This document shows, in pieces, positions 22,901 through 29,948 of a stretch of DNA of 64,000 bases. Under the pieces are notes generated by a model, which saw only the letters and a list, made by a program, of their open reading frames with translations, made no database searches and was not told the origin of the DNA. Every line of letters begins with the position of its first letter. The stretch's first letter is position 1. The translations under genes and the position numbers were made by a program. Source of the DNA: Candidatus Falkowbacteria bacterium (GTDB lineage Bacteria; Patescibacteriota; Patescibacteriia; Patescibacteriales; UBA12075); contig DOSJ01000004.1 of assembly GCA_003514005.1 (NCBI GenBank), forward strand, positions 37,533 through 101,532. The letters run 5' to 3'.

Positions 22901-25900
22901 TCAATAGCGTTACTATTGAATTGGGCGCGACTTCTTCAGATTTGAATTTTTTTGAATATCGGATTTATTACAAGGAAGGCGTGAGTGGAGTTACCGAATC
23001 TGATTCTATGCATGCATCTAACACTGATCCAAATTTGGGTAATGTGTTGTATAACGGCGCGGCCAGTACGACGATAAATAATTTGATTGCCAATCGGCAA
23101 TATGTTTTTCGGATTTATGCTTATGATAAATACGGCAACAAGTCCGCGTCCGTGGGAGAATTTACAACCAAACTCGTACCCTCTATTTCCGGTATTGTTT
23201 ATGCCGCTGATGGTATTACGCCAATTTTGACAGCACCGAATGTTACTATGGTAGTCAACGGTGCGGTAATGGAGACCGTGTCCGCATCGGCGGCAAACGG
23301 CAGATTTATCTTTTGGGAAATCGATCCGCCAGCAACCGGCACGCCGATGCTGGTTTATGTCAATGGCAACAGCATGAAAGGCGCGACTTATTCGCTGTAT
23401 GGCGGCGCGGGAGAAGTGACGGATATGCATATTTATTCGGAACGAGTCGTTTTACGCCATTATGGATCTGAGGTAATTGGTAATGAACATATTGAAACCT
23501 ACGACAATGATCAAGATGCGGACATCATGATTCAAATCGATGGCGGAAATCTTAGCATACTTGGTAACAGTGAACTATATATTTGGCCGGGGTCAACTTT
23601 TAAAAACAACGCAAGCGTCTTGACTTTGTTTGATGTTCGAATTGAAGGCACGCTAGACGCTTCATCAACCGAAATTATTACAGTTTCCGGTAATTGGAAT
23701 GCGGAGAATGGCATATTTAATGCGGCGTCTTCTAGCGTCAAATTTGTAGCAAACGATCAGGACAATGTAATTGTTACAAACAAACAAAAATTTTATAATT
23801 TGGAATTTGACGGTCTTGGCGGAAAATGGACACTGATTGACGGCGCGACTACGACCGCGACGACGACCATAAGTCAAGGAACGCTAGTCCAAGGTGGAGA
23901 TGTTGATTTTGAAACCGGTAGTTTGATAATCGAACTGGGCGCGAATTTTACAAAAGCCAGTGGTACTGGGGTGTTTGTGTTTGAGGATCTTGGTCAAGGA
24001 GTATTTGAAGACAAAAACGACGTTAAAAATAATCTTGGTAATGTAATAATCGGGCATTCGCCTGCCTCAACTTTTCTTGCTTCCGATATGGTTGCTGATA
24101 GCTTAACCGTTAACAGCGGCGACAGTTTATTTGCGCGCGGTTATGAATTAGATATTACGAGATTTATTACAGTTAATGGTACGCTTGATTGTATTGATGA
24201 TAGTGAGGGAGATGGAACTATTATTACGCTTGGCACAAATTGGACGGTATTGCCGACCGCGACGTTTATTGCTGGAAACTCCACGACGACTTTTGACAAC
24301 GCGACCGGCGGAATTATTAGTACAGGTGGAATTGACGCAAATCACGATTTTTATAATCTTAGTTTTGCGAAAACTGCGGCTACGACAACGGTGCTTGGCG
24401 GGTATCCGCTAAAAGTTTCCGGTGATTTGACTATTGGCGCAAACTCAACGCTGGATGTTTCATCTTCAAATTACGATATTTATGCCGGCGGCAATTGGAT
24501 TAATAACGGCGTGTATAACGCGCGAAACGCGACAACGACATTTGATTCCGTCTCGACCGGAAAAATAATAAATCCCGGACAATCCGCGTTTAACCGCATA
24601 ATATTTAATAGCGCAAGCGGCGGCTGGAATATTATCGGAAATGCAACTTCAAGCTCGGATTGGATTATGACTAGCGCATCCGCTTTTAGTGTTAGCGCGG
24701 ATAAGACCATCGAAGTACGGGGTCAATACATTTTGGCAGACACGATACCGGATATTAGTACATGGAATTCCGGTTCAACCCTGTATTTGAATAATGGCGG
24801 CGCTTATACGGTCGCGACAAAAAATCAAAGCGCGGAGACCTACGCAAATTTAAAAATCGGCGCTGATACGGATATTCGGATGTGGAATTCCGGGTCTGAT
24901 ACAGCTAGTGTTGATTCAAGCGGATCGCTTTATTCAATGGATTATGCCGGTACGAATGGCGCATTGCGCATTTGGGGAGACTACCACTCATTGGAAAGCG
25001 CTGATTATTGGAGTTATGCAAAGGATTTTGACGGCGCAGACATATCTGGTACGCCACGCGCTTGCCAAATTCAGATTTTTGGCGGATCAAATCTTGATTA
25101 TTCGAGTTCTGTCTTGGAAATTGTCGGAACGAGTGGCGCGACAACGACAATTGCCAATCAAAGTTCCGGCGCCTATTCTTTGTCAATTGCCGATACTTTT
25201 TTAACTATGGATTATTTTCAAATAAGAAACATAGATAGCAACGGCTTAAATATTTCCGGTACAACTACGCTTGGTAGTATTAACAACGGTGATTTTGAGC
25301 TTGATGTGGAAGGTGGCGCATTAATAAGCGTAACAGCAGAAACAATCAACGCAAGTTCATGGTCAACCAGCACCAATATTCGTTTTGCAACCAGCACGGG
25401 AATAGCAAATGGCAATAATGTAAAGTTAAGCGGAATACCGACAGCACCTTGGACATTCGTTTCGCACTATGGAAATCTTGCCGGCGAGGCTTTTGACAGC
25501 GACTCGGGCGATCCGCGCGGCTATATTCTTTGGGATGACAGCCCATCGTATTCACCAAAATCACAAAATTGGCGCTGGTATCATGATGAAGACAAGGAAA
25601 CGCCGCTTATTCCGATTGCCTTGGAAAACTATTCTCCGCAAATTGTTGGCAATGGCAACCTTATAAAACTTCGAATGACAATCAAAGAAACAGAAGGCAT
25701 TTCCGGTGCCAATGTAAAAATGCGCTTGCAATACTCCACAGATTCAAATTTCGATTCGGATGTCAGCTGGGTAGGAGAAAAAGGCTCAACAACCGCGCTT
25801 TGGACATGTGGCGAGGGCATTGATAACGACAATGATTTAATAAGTACTTTGGCATTGACAGACTCGTTAATTAAAGCAACCCATAATGAGTCCGGAATTT

Positions 25901-26607
25901 CAACCACCTCATTTGCACACTCCGCATTGGATGCAAACGAGTGGGAGTTTACGCTTTACGCGAATAGCCCGGCGACATCAACGACTTATTATTTTCGGGC
26001 ATTCAGCAGTTATTACAGCGTTTACAGTGATTATGAAAAAGCGGTTTTGAAAAACGGCGCGAGCGCTTATCCGAGTGTAGTCGTTTCCAGCGCGGTTTTG
26101 AATTTTACAATCGAAGGATTACCAGGTGGTACGGATACCGAGGGTATAATTACGGATTTTCCAACCACGGTTGACAGTGTTTCTTTTGGCTCCCTGCCGT
26201 TAAATACAAGAGTTGAAGGCGCGCACCGTTTTAAAATTACAACAAACGCGGAAAGCGGATATCAATTGTTTGTGTATCAAAGACAAGACCTGGTTTCGAA
26301 TACCGGAGCATATATCAGCGCCATTTCGTACACGAACAATAATCCCGGTCCTTGGCCGGAAAATCCGGATCCGGGCGCTTTTGGTTATCACAGCGGCGAT
26401 GATACTCTTTCCGGAAACTCGCCATCGCGGTTTTTACCGGATAATATGTTTGCTAAGTTTAATGGCAGTTTGGAAGAAATCTCGTATAGCCCCATACCGG
26501 TCAGTGATGACAGCGTTGATTTTGTGTATCGTTTAGAGGTAAATGACTTGCAGTCGGCAGGGGATTATCGGACAAGCATTGTATATATATTGGTACCGCA
26601 GTTTTGA
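10915..26607 (+). CDS. Giant secreted adhesin-like protein (5230 aa): Ig-like tandem repeats, FN3-like domains, DUF2341 plus LamG-like module, beta-helix-like region, C-terminal WxL/pilin-like domain
   Basis: Signal peptide; WYNEEWLYRKQI...DFPIL...DGHDILFTAADG...YMYYGN (DUF2341-like) and WDGLIDEVRISNVYRS (LamG-like) at ~17470-18500; 107-aa repeats; C-terminal LQSAGDYRTSIVYILVPQF. Confidence 0.9.
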   Translation: MFRTLKNNCKKLLFGVIIFLFITFIFSAIPSSASDKKIIYGKQDMSLELVSEIGDMKSNNSELELKLKKKRKLPGAVGAFFKGFFVDEFKKAEISAEMVEGESEESDFFVETFYQEDGEFSVQLKPKGRQVKPGLHKVVITLKDEKLTGNETISFVQDFSWGVLAFNSNKSIYQPDENAYLQMGVLDELGHTVCGADLEMIITAPDKGKAVLSTKNGLIIRNPECGPDNVILTPDYYANYGLGEIGEYTVKLIATTEKGSWEISDVISVQAESPFVVERIGPTRINPTAEYGMMVKIRANEDFSGNLIEKMPEDFKISNFQFLISNQLQITNYKLQIDDAGKNLILENIILKKGDEATLIYKFDAPDIFPEFYLLGPLEAISAQGGPAIGWENRSWQIASDGENQVIVAQKIAIDAGTADTVNWTEAVKATSTLFSGGQKYFVYVTAGFSGSVAGVISNFEILYGSTIQYSGSIEASGDQANDAMQISWFDVMDQAATPEDIILRYRTVSGTSYIMNAQIVAMNISNLETTDWKYAVNSTSRALTTTVTADANITMNNADGVKDWLVFAMAEIDISSALRQYVSQIYNGASASMSFQREGENTNEFLPHAIYRPFDNVAQNTVFSIRNYSITSNVNTHLRSRVFALNLNRFESFKTYYADLPSTAINGTWTVIGNLNSGGNYAPQTSGDQLIFSSFINDITANTNESDDRLQVNGVTVPTSWSWGQSPAGYRTGYDAADEPVHNIVARVSIPTTGQTISLDAIEVPNSTQVGDEVSLAAFSTRLKNINRPFGVVNSKSFRADGSGVVDFAFDVSDRDLDDARVKVEYEQGSTCAFSSSAKTTISTVDADTTATYGDPKVDNTNAYQVGTTTGWITTTFGTSTVNFDWTSQANIPYASSTYCVRLTANDGTNDQLVSATTTVYIDNFDPIISGVAIPDRMYKIGDTMTATITLATAESDALTIGTSSEINGGPIFNLQKINNTTFTADYLIASGQTDRASNTIPFEISLVDPYLNQSASSSGSFSGGSIDANAPEITAVEIVNLMYGIGDIMTATITTALDASLYLLETSSLNAATSATANLTKINNTTYTLEYTVAEGNVDRATGTIPYHIVLRDSYGNINAPYAGVFANGSLDAHAPIIQAVYLNNGAYGINSSLPIIIDTAETGLALGESTVNGKTLSGFSDLADTTYQAYYIVAEGDMDRTAGNVPISIIMRDNYGNENAAYVTPAANTASVDAHKPEILSIVIPNLVYKIGDTIRATATVAADVAAYTLGTTTVNNVAASNLQKYDNSTYTFDYTVLSGHTDRSAGTIPFSLMLKDQLEQYNDPAFTAITANTASIDANAPAVSALSFAPSSGVLKIGDTATATITAASAETGLSAGATININSKDARASFTELGGGEYRIVYIVAEGDVDRPDNDDLPVNIILRDSAGNESVAFQSSDPTNRPGVDANRPVISNVTFNITSGVLKIGDTATATIYTDGTGYLADTITVNGIDVSGTLVSAGGNDYTITYTVAEGHDDILDANDLPINIVLSDPAGNDSIPYTTEDASNRPGVDGHKPVISNVSFNITSGVLKIGDIATTTIFADASGYSAGAITINGVDVSGTLASAGGNDYTVSYIVIEGNNDILDANNLPISIVLRDVAGNNSVTYVTIDSANRPGVDAHRPVINSAVFVPSSGILKIGASATATLSVADAEENLSIISATINYINVASSFFEIGSGDYRLVYTVSEGDNPINDIADLPVYFVVSDAAGNYSLAFNSSDPSNRPGVDASQPIISNVIFNITSGMLKIGDTATATIYSDETGYSAGTITVNNVDVSGTLASAGGNNYTVAYTVAEGHDDILDENDLPINIVLRDSAGNDSNPYTTEDAGNRPGVDGHAPVISNVSFNITSGLLKIGDIATATISADASGYLAGAITINGVDVSASLASAGGNNYTVNYIVSEGHNDILDSSDLPISVVLVDTNGNNSSTYTTADAGNRPGVDGHAPTVPGNLGFYSRGNNSITLNFGATTTESNFSEYVIYYKAGTSGVSENDSRWDSGDDGHLGHILFSGYGSTTITGLLSQTAYVFNIWAYDQAGNKTQATEELSAATNYLPLLSDNLEQRLNDNFTVVSNNAWAIDQSMVLSASSTDPEGGYFDYYYEVISATGTLTTATSVPASSCNSGTGFLQCSEKIWKQSTGPDWYNEEWLYRKQIVIDSDLIEDDMQDFPILTNTVDDDLRRNARSDGHDILFTAADGVTKLSYERKVYDSSDGELIAWVKTDVSSSTDTIVYMYYGNADVASDQSSASGVWDSSYLGVWHMDEEPTGSADDIKDSSGNSRHMTSFNMGASKRVKTDTGYAYEFDGAGDYLEDADGENYINGLSEFTVELWLKSDLIATDRGFIIGSAPAGNDSFFTLRYDDAGVNGGGNDVIKGAITTTVTGEIQMESSSFSQTTDWQHLVFRWESGRQYELLVDGDLDTPTSNDPAGTGLTSGASTLRIGQGGKDITTALGWDGLIDEVRISNVYRSDAWVKTAYNNQSNLASFALFGAQDAVRIFNLPESDDGYIWQVMACDQLGACSEWVKYNEESPNFKVDNTPPTAPGSLSENSKTSTSVTFNLSGTSTESFFSDYRIYYKEYGGDVVSTNDSYFGTSSDANLSNILFNGASTTTVPFLTADTEYQFNIWAFDESGQSASATPIVVTTEIGTNRPTGLFDSVEQKRDGSGRIDIGIIVNDLDNNPSRARIDYVSGVACNFSSPLDPYLDEDGANISATNLPAPLIDNASAYQVGTGSEWILTAPAANNVGFDWLSALNLSGVEGNYCLRLTVNDGVYSQLVPATSTVYIDNARPSSPGALSLAEKNTETLVLTFGATSTETNFAEYKIFYKIADGTAPDESDSVLSSSTDINLSDKFFNTAATTTISDLMAGTIYSIVIWAYDDYGNAASSSYVNFTTNHIPSAPTNLRQYKADGVTEIVNNGWTIEDIATIQAEVNDGDAGENISLYFELLANSDTFRTATTVPFNACAPDDSWSDCASKIWKVTSVAGDYSVAPFSGTTSPANLPNSNSGFKWQVIACDNDNVCSEWTRYNDAIPNFKIDFIAPTAPGDLSVAAYTSNSITLNFGATTTEENFKEYIIYYKEGTSGVNETNTKHGSSTDGNLAHILFNSAATTTISGLNAGTAYFFNIWAYDQAGNKNYAVYEISTTTNNKPQSNIVSAMQKTNGTGGVDIVISANDADVENLFAMLEFATGTDCLFTSAGDPTLDEIDANATSSQADAKIENDNAYQIGNASGWIVTTGGANAVSFDWLSNTDLPNQSGTYCLRIRTNDGHEDSVFATTTLMIDNLSPTAPGNLSLIESHGNYFVLGFGATSTETNWLRYRIFYKQGVSTVNENDLELIDSDLADKNYNNTATTSVSGLLANTQYSFRVFAYDIYGNKAQSGQETFTTNSYPSSSFNSAAQKIDGSGRVDISLEIYDTDGDNCYAKLEFATGTACDFSSPGDPELDEGSENISVDYEPLGIANTNEYQIGTAGAPIITDQGSNTIDLDWLSKSNLPTADGDYCLRLTVTDGSDTHSATTTLTIDNAVPQRPADLTIGYADVRTIRLDFGSAGSDTHFKEYKIFYKEGVSGVAETDSAWDKNDDAALGIEDFGAAASTTIGGLLPDTDYVFNIWIYDDFGNKSFASGEISSSTLEAVSATWRETEDTPDPTTGVYASKEQTVRLRVAVANSGTWSTEDYRYDLQYGIKDGTCENVSAWTLVPATAAGEHFEMKSSVYFIENASTTPRLTGDGYAFRPGYMVQAPFSQTGTITLYGNEYSELEYTIAATTDASRSATYCFRAVNQGAGVDDYGVYPEFSLTPPPLSDFVSAVQRDDGSGRVDVRFTADDYSNQNLRLRMDYATGTLCDFSQPGDLTFDILNENTSATYGDPLIDNDAPYQIGTGLAYVLTQYGENTVDSDWLSGGDLGGIEGEYCLRLTANDLFDDQTIPATTTVMIDNKAPTAPGNLSLMSKTINSVTIELGATSSDLNFFEYRIYYKEGVSGVTESDSMHASNTDPNLGNVLYNGAASTTINNLIANRQYVFRIYAYDKYGNKSASVGEFTTKLVPSISGIVYAADGITPILTAPNVTMVVNGAVMETVSASAANGRFIFWEIDPPATGTPMLVYVNGNSMKGATYSLYGGAGEVTDMHIYSERVVLRHYGSEVIGNEHIETYDNDQDADIMIQIDGGNLSILGNSELYIWPGSTFKNNASVLTLFDVRIEGTLDASSTEIITVSGNWNAENGIFNAASSSVKFVANDQDNVIVTNKQKFYNLEFDGLGGKWTLIDGATTTATTTISQGTLVQGGDVDFETGSLIIELGANFTKASGTGVFVFEDLGQGVFEDKNDVKNNLGNVIIGHSPASTFLASDMVADSLTVNSGDSLFARGYELDITRFITVNGTLDCIDDSEGDGTIITLGTNWTVLPTATFIAGNSTTTFDNATGGIISTGGIDANHDFYNLSFAKTAATTTVLGGYPLKVSGDLTIGANSTLDVSSSNYDIYAGGNWINNGVYNARNATTTFDSVSTGKIINPGQSAFNRIIFNSASGGWNIIGNATSSSDWIMTSASAFSVSADKTIEVRGQYILADTIPDISTWNSGSTLYLNNGGAYTVATKNQSAETYANLKIGADTDIRMWNSGSDTASVDSSGSLYSMDYAGTNGALRIWGDYHSLESADYWSYAKDFDGADISGTPRACQIQIFGGSNLDYSSSVLEIVGTSGATTTIANQSSGAYSLSIADTFLTMDYFQIRNIDSNGLNISGTTTLGSINNGDFELDVEGGALISVTAETINASSWSTSTNIRFATSTGIANGNNVKLSGIPTAPWTFVSHYGNLAGEAFDSDSGDPRGYILWDDSPSYSPKSQNWRWYHDEDKETPLIPIALENYSPQIVGNGNLIKLRMTIKETEGISGANVKMRLQYSTDSNFDSDVSWVGEKGSTTALWTCGEGIDNDNDLISTLALTDSLIKATHNESGISTTSFAHSALDANEWEFTLYANSPATSTTYYFRAFSSYYSVYSDYEKAVLKNGASAYPSVVVSSAVLNFTIEGLPGGTDTEGIITDFPTTVDSVSFGSLPLNTRVEGAHRFKITTNAESGYQLFVYQRQDLVSNTGAYISAISYTNNNPGPWPENPDPGAFGYHSGDDTLSGNSPSRFLPDNMFAKFNGSLEEISYSPIPVSDDSVDFVYRLEVNDLQSAGDYRTSIVYILVPQF
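14940..16890 (+). repeat. Intragenic tandem repeat, period about 321 nt (107 aa)
   Basis: NRPGVD codons start at 15250, 15571, 15892, 16219, 16540 and 16861. Confidence 0.9.
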
Positions 26608-27140
26608 TAATCGCTGATTCACGCGGATATAATAGTTTATCCACAGTGCTGGTAAAATATTCAATATTCAATATTCAATATTCATTAAATATTTAATATA
26701 AAATAAATAAATTTTTTTTAAAAAATAAAATTAAAAGCTAATATTTAATTTAATCATGTTATTAACAATAATATAGATTGACCTTATTGCTAAAATAGTG
26801 TATAATAAAATTAAGTATAGTAGTATAGTACTATATTAAAAAAAGAAAAAAATCAAAAAAAATAAAAATTGCCCAAAATAGGCGAAAAACAAAAATGAAA
26901 ACCCAAAATCAAATACAATTTAAGATATATATTCAGAAACTTTTTTGTGGAAAAGTTTTTTTTGTTGTTTAAAAATAATTACGAATGCACAAATTTATTC
27001 ACAAATTTACAAATGTTTATTTAAGAATTTTATTAAATATTCGTGTATTTGTGAATAAATTCGTGTATTTGTAATCTTAATAAAAAAGGTCGAAAACAAA
27101 AATGCCGGAAGGCAAAAATAAAAATTAAAAAATAAACTTT

Positions 27141-27356
27141 ATGCAAGATAAAAAATATCGCCTAAAGGATATTCAGGAAAAAATCGATCGAGACAAGACT
27201 ACCTTGATACGCTGGGAAAAAGAAGGTTTAATACCCGAAGCCAAGCGGGACTCGCGCGGATGGCGGTATTATAACCAAAACGAAGTCAGTAGTATCATAA
27301 ATTTAGTCTTAAGCTCGGATTATTTCCGAAATATTCATAGCCGATCAACTATTTAA
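27141..27356 (+). CDS. Small MerR-type HTH DNA-binding protein (no effector domain)
   Basis: [24 protein letters not shown]erR signature. Confidence 0.85.
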   Translation: MQDKKYRLKDIQEKIDRDKTTLIRWEKEGLIPEAKRDSRGWRYYNQNEVSSIINLVLSSDYFRNIHSRSTI

Positions 27357-27373
27357 TATAAAAATAAAACAAT

Positions 27374-28474
27374 ATGAACCAATTTAAAAAACAAAAAAAA
27401 GCCATCTCAACTCTCCTCGTCGTAGCGATTATGGTTGCGATGTATGGCTTTATTCCCCGCCCGAATAATGCCAACGCAGTCGACGCAATCGTTGACGCGC
27501 GCGATTTGATTAGCGATTCCGATTTAGGCGTGTCCGCTAACCACACGCTGACTTTTACAACTAGCACCTCGACCCCAGCAACCGATTATATAGAATTTGT
27601 TTTGCCTGCCCAGTTCGGAACTACAACATTGGCAAACACTACTTGTCCTGATGGCGGTACGGATTGGACTGAGGCTCTTTCAAATGGCGATAGAACTTTA
27701 CGATGTACCAGAACAGGCGCGACAAGAGCGGCGGGAGCGGCAACAACAACTATAAATAGCGTTATAAATCCTATTTCCGAAGCGTCACGTTATATTAGTA
27801 TTACCCATTATGATAGTCTTGGAAATGTCAGGGAACGTGTTGATGTTGCGGTTGCAATCATCGAAGACGTTCTAATGACGGCGAGAGTGAGTTCCACTTT
27901 GACATTTGTCGTGAGCGGAACATCAACTGCCGGCAGAGTAGGTGGCATTCCTTGTTCAAATGAATCAACTGCCACAAATACGCCTTTTGGAACCTTGGTT
28001 GTCAACGCTACTTCAACAGTTTGTCAAACCCTTAAAGTAACGACAAACGCGGACGACGGCTATACTGTGACCGTATTTGAAGATGATGAGCTTACCTCTG
28101 ATTCCGGATCAAATATCAACAGCTTTAACAACGCTTTTGATAATACTGGTTCTACTACGGCTGCGGCTTGGTTAGCCCCACAAAATTTGTTGGACCAGTA
28201 TTATACATATGGCCACATGGGTTTGCATTCCGAAGATGCGGACTTAGACACTCTTGGCGGTTATACAAATCAAAACTTTGATAATGGCGGAACCTTGTTT
28301 GCCGGTTTGAATGCCTCTGATCCTTTGCCGATTATGCATCATGACGGACCTTCTGATGGTCTGACACCAAACAAAGGTACAACAAACGTGATTTACCAGG
28401 TACAAATCGGTTCATTACAGGAAGCTGGTGACTACCAAAATACTCTTACCTATATTTGTACGCCTATCTTCTAG
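27374..28474 (+). CDS. Secreted two-domain subunit with WxL/pilin-like C-terminal domain
   Basis: Signal peptide ending in ANA; C-terminal LQEAGDYQNTLTYICTPIF; paralog of 28737-29756. Confidence 0.75.
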   Translation: MNQFKKQKKAISTLLVVAIMVAMYGFIPRPNNANAVDAIVDARDLISDSDLGVSANHTLTFTTSTSTPATDYIEFVLPAQFGTTTLANTTCPDGGTDWTEALSNGDRTLRCTRTGATRAAGAATTTINSVINPISEASRYISITHYDSLGNVRERVDVAVAIIEDVLMTARVSSTLTFVVSGTSTAGRVGGIPCSNESTATNTPFGTLVVNATSTVCQTLKVTTNADDGYTVTVFEDDELTSDSGSNINSFNNAFDNTGSTTAAAWLAPQNLLDQYYTYGHMGLHSEDADLDTLGGYTNQNFDNGGTLFAGLNASDPLPIMHHDGPSDGLTPNKGTTNVIYQVQIGSLQEAGDYQNTLTYICTPIF

Positions 28475-28493
28475 CTCTTAGGGCGATACAGTA

Positions 28494-28529
28494 AAAAACT
28501 CCGCCTTTCGCGAAAGGCGGAGTTTTTTT
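28494..28529 (+). terminator. Strong intrinsic terminator
   Basis: AAAAAACTCCGCCTTTCG-CGAAAGGCGGAGTTTTTT. Confidence 0.85.
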
Positions 28530-28736
28530 ATTGGTGAAAAATTTAATTTTGTGTTATAATAAAAAACATAACAAAATTATCCATAGGAGTGTGGATAAAA
28601 AAGGTCGAAATTTTGTTATGCACATTAAAAATAAGCTTATTTTTCTTGCCTTTTTATAAAGGTAAGACATTATTTATTTTTTCTAAGAATTTAGCAAATA
28701 AAATTTTTATAATTTTATTATCTAGATTTTATCCCC

Positions 28737-29756
28737 ATGCAAAAAATAAAAAGAAGCAAGATTGCAATCGTTGCTGTTTTGATTTTTTCGATGTTGGCGA
28801 TTTATGGGTCTGTTCCGACTGTCAAAGCCGTTTCTTTGGATTTGGCAAAGGATACGATCAGTGATTCGTCACCAAGTTCAAGCGGAGTAACACATACAAT
28901 CGTTTTTGATTTGGGCACTGCCCTGAGCCAAGGCGAATATGTGAACTTTACTTTTGAATCCGGAATTGTTTTAACTGCGGCAACAACAACTTGCCCGTTT
29001 AATACGACCGGATCGGTTGTAAGCGCGCAAGTAATTCGTTGTACAGTAGACTCCGGACAAACCTTGGCGTCCACAACCGCTACATCAACAATCGTTGTTG
29101 ACGCAGTAAATCCCGCTACTTCCAACGATTATAGCGTAACCATCAGTACGCATCAGACTGGTGGTACCGAAATTGAATCTTCTGAAGTGAAGATCTATAT
29201 CATTGACGAAGTTACGGTTACCGCACATGTGCCCGCAACTTTGACATTTACAATCGGTACTACTACTCCTGATGATACGCTCAATAGCCAAAATTTTTCA
29301 GGAACTTCCAGTCCAACATCAATTCCTTTTGGAACTCTTAGCACAACCGAAAAGTTAATGGGTCAAGTATTGAGTGTCTCCACTAACGCTGATGATGGAT
29401 TTAATGTTACCGTGCAGCAAGATGGAAATTTACGTAGCGCGGGAGCGGCAGATATTGATAGTTTTTCAACATCTTCCGCAGTCGTATGGGCTGCACCTAC
29501 ACCAAATATTGATAATGAAAATACTTGGGGTCATATGGGTGTAACATCTGATGATTCTGGAGTATTTACATCAAATACATATAGAGGTTTTGACGGGGTA
29601 AATGCCTTAAGCATTTTTAGCCATAATGGACCGACCAATTCAACCGGCACTGGTACAGGTACCGCTATTGTCGGTTTTAAAATCCAAGTTTCCGCAATGC
29701 AGGAAGCCGGTGATTATCAAAACAAATTGACTTATATTTGCACGCCTACATACTAA
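28737..29756 (+). CDS. Secreted two-domain subunit with WxL/pilin-like C-terminal domain
   Basis: Signal peptide ending in VKA; C-terminal MQEAGDYQNKLTYICTPTY. Confidence 0.75.
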   Translation: MQKIKRSKIAIVAVLIFSMLAIYGSVPTVKAVSLDLAKDTISDSSPSSSGVTHTIVFDLGTALSQGEYVNFTFESGIVLTAATTTCPFNTTGSVVSAQVIRCTVDSGQTLASTTATSTIVVDAVNPATSNDYSVTISTHQTGGTEIESSEVKIYIIDEVTVTAHVPATLTFTIGTTTPDDTLNSQNFSGTSSPTSIPFGTLSTTEKLMGQVLSVSTNADDGFNVTVQQDGNLRSAGAADIDSFSTSSAVVWAAPTPNIDNENTWGHMGVTSDDSGVFTSNTYRGFDGVNALSIFSHNGPTNSTGTGTGTAIVGFKIQVSAMQEAGDYQNKLTYICTPTY

Positions 29757-29800
29757 ATCTTTTGCAAATAGATTGTTGAAAATTTTTTGATAGTTTACAT

Positions 29801-29841
29801 AAAAATGCCCTCTTAAATTATTTTGAGAGGGTGTTTTTTTT
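29801..29841 (+). terminator. Intrinsic terminator
   Basis: ATGCCCTCTTAAA-ttat-TTTGAGAGGGTGT followed by a T-run. Confidence 0.7.
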
Positions 29842-29948
29842 GTTTAAGAATTATTTGTAATCCTGACTAAAAAATGTTAAAATATAAAAAGTAAAAACAC
29901 TTAAGCACAGGTGTTAATTTTTATATTTAATGATTAATAAAACGTAAA

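Noticed and set aside
2779..26536. Many short antisense or alternate-frame ORFs inside the giant genes
   Set aside because: Shadow ORFs of long coding sequences with no recognisable motifs
2605..26607. Stop-codon reassignment (code 25) or a single fused giant gene
   Set aside because: Long ORFs are intact under code 11, TGA ends genes followed by non-coding DNA, and giant 2 has its own promoter and signal peptide
26610..27140. Chromosomal replication origin
   Set aside because: DnaA boxes and AT richness are present, but there is no dnaA/dnaN nearby and no switch in gene orientation; kept only as a regulatory observation
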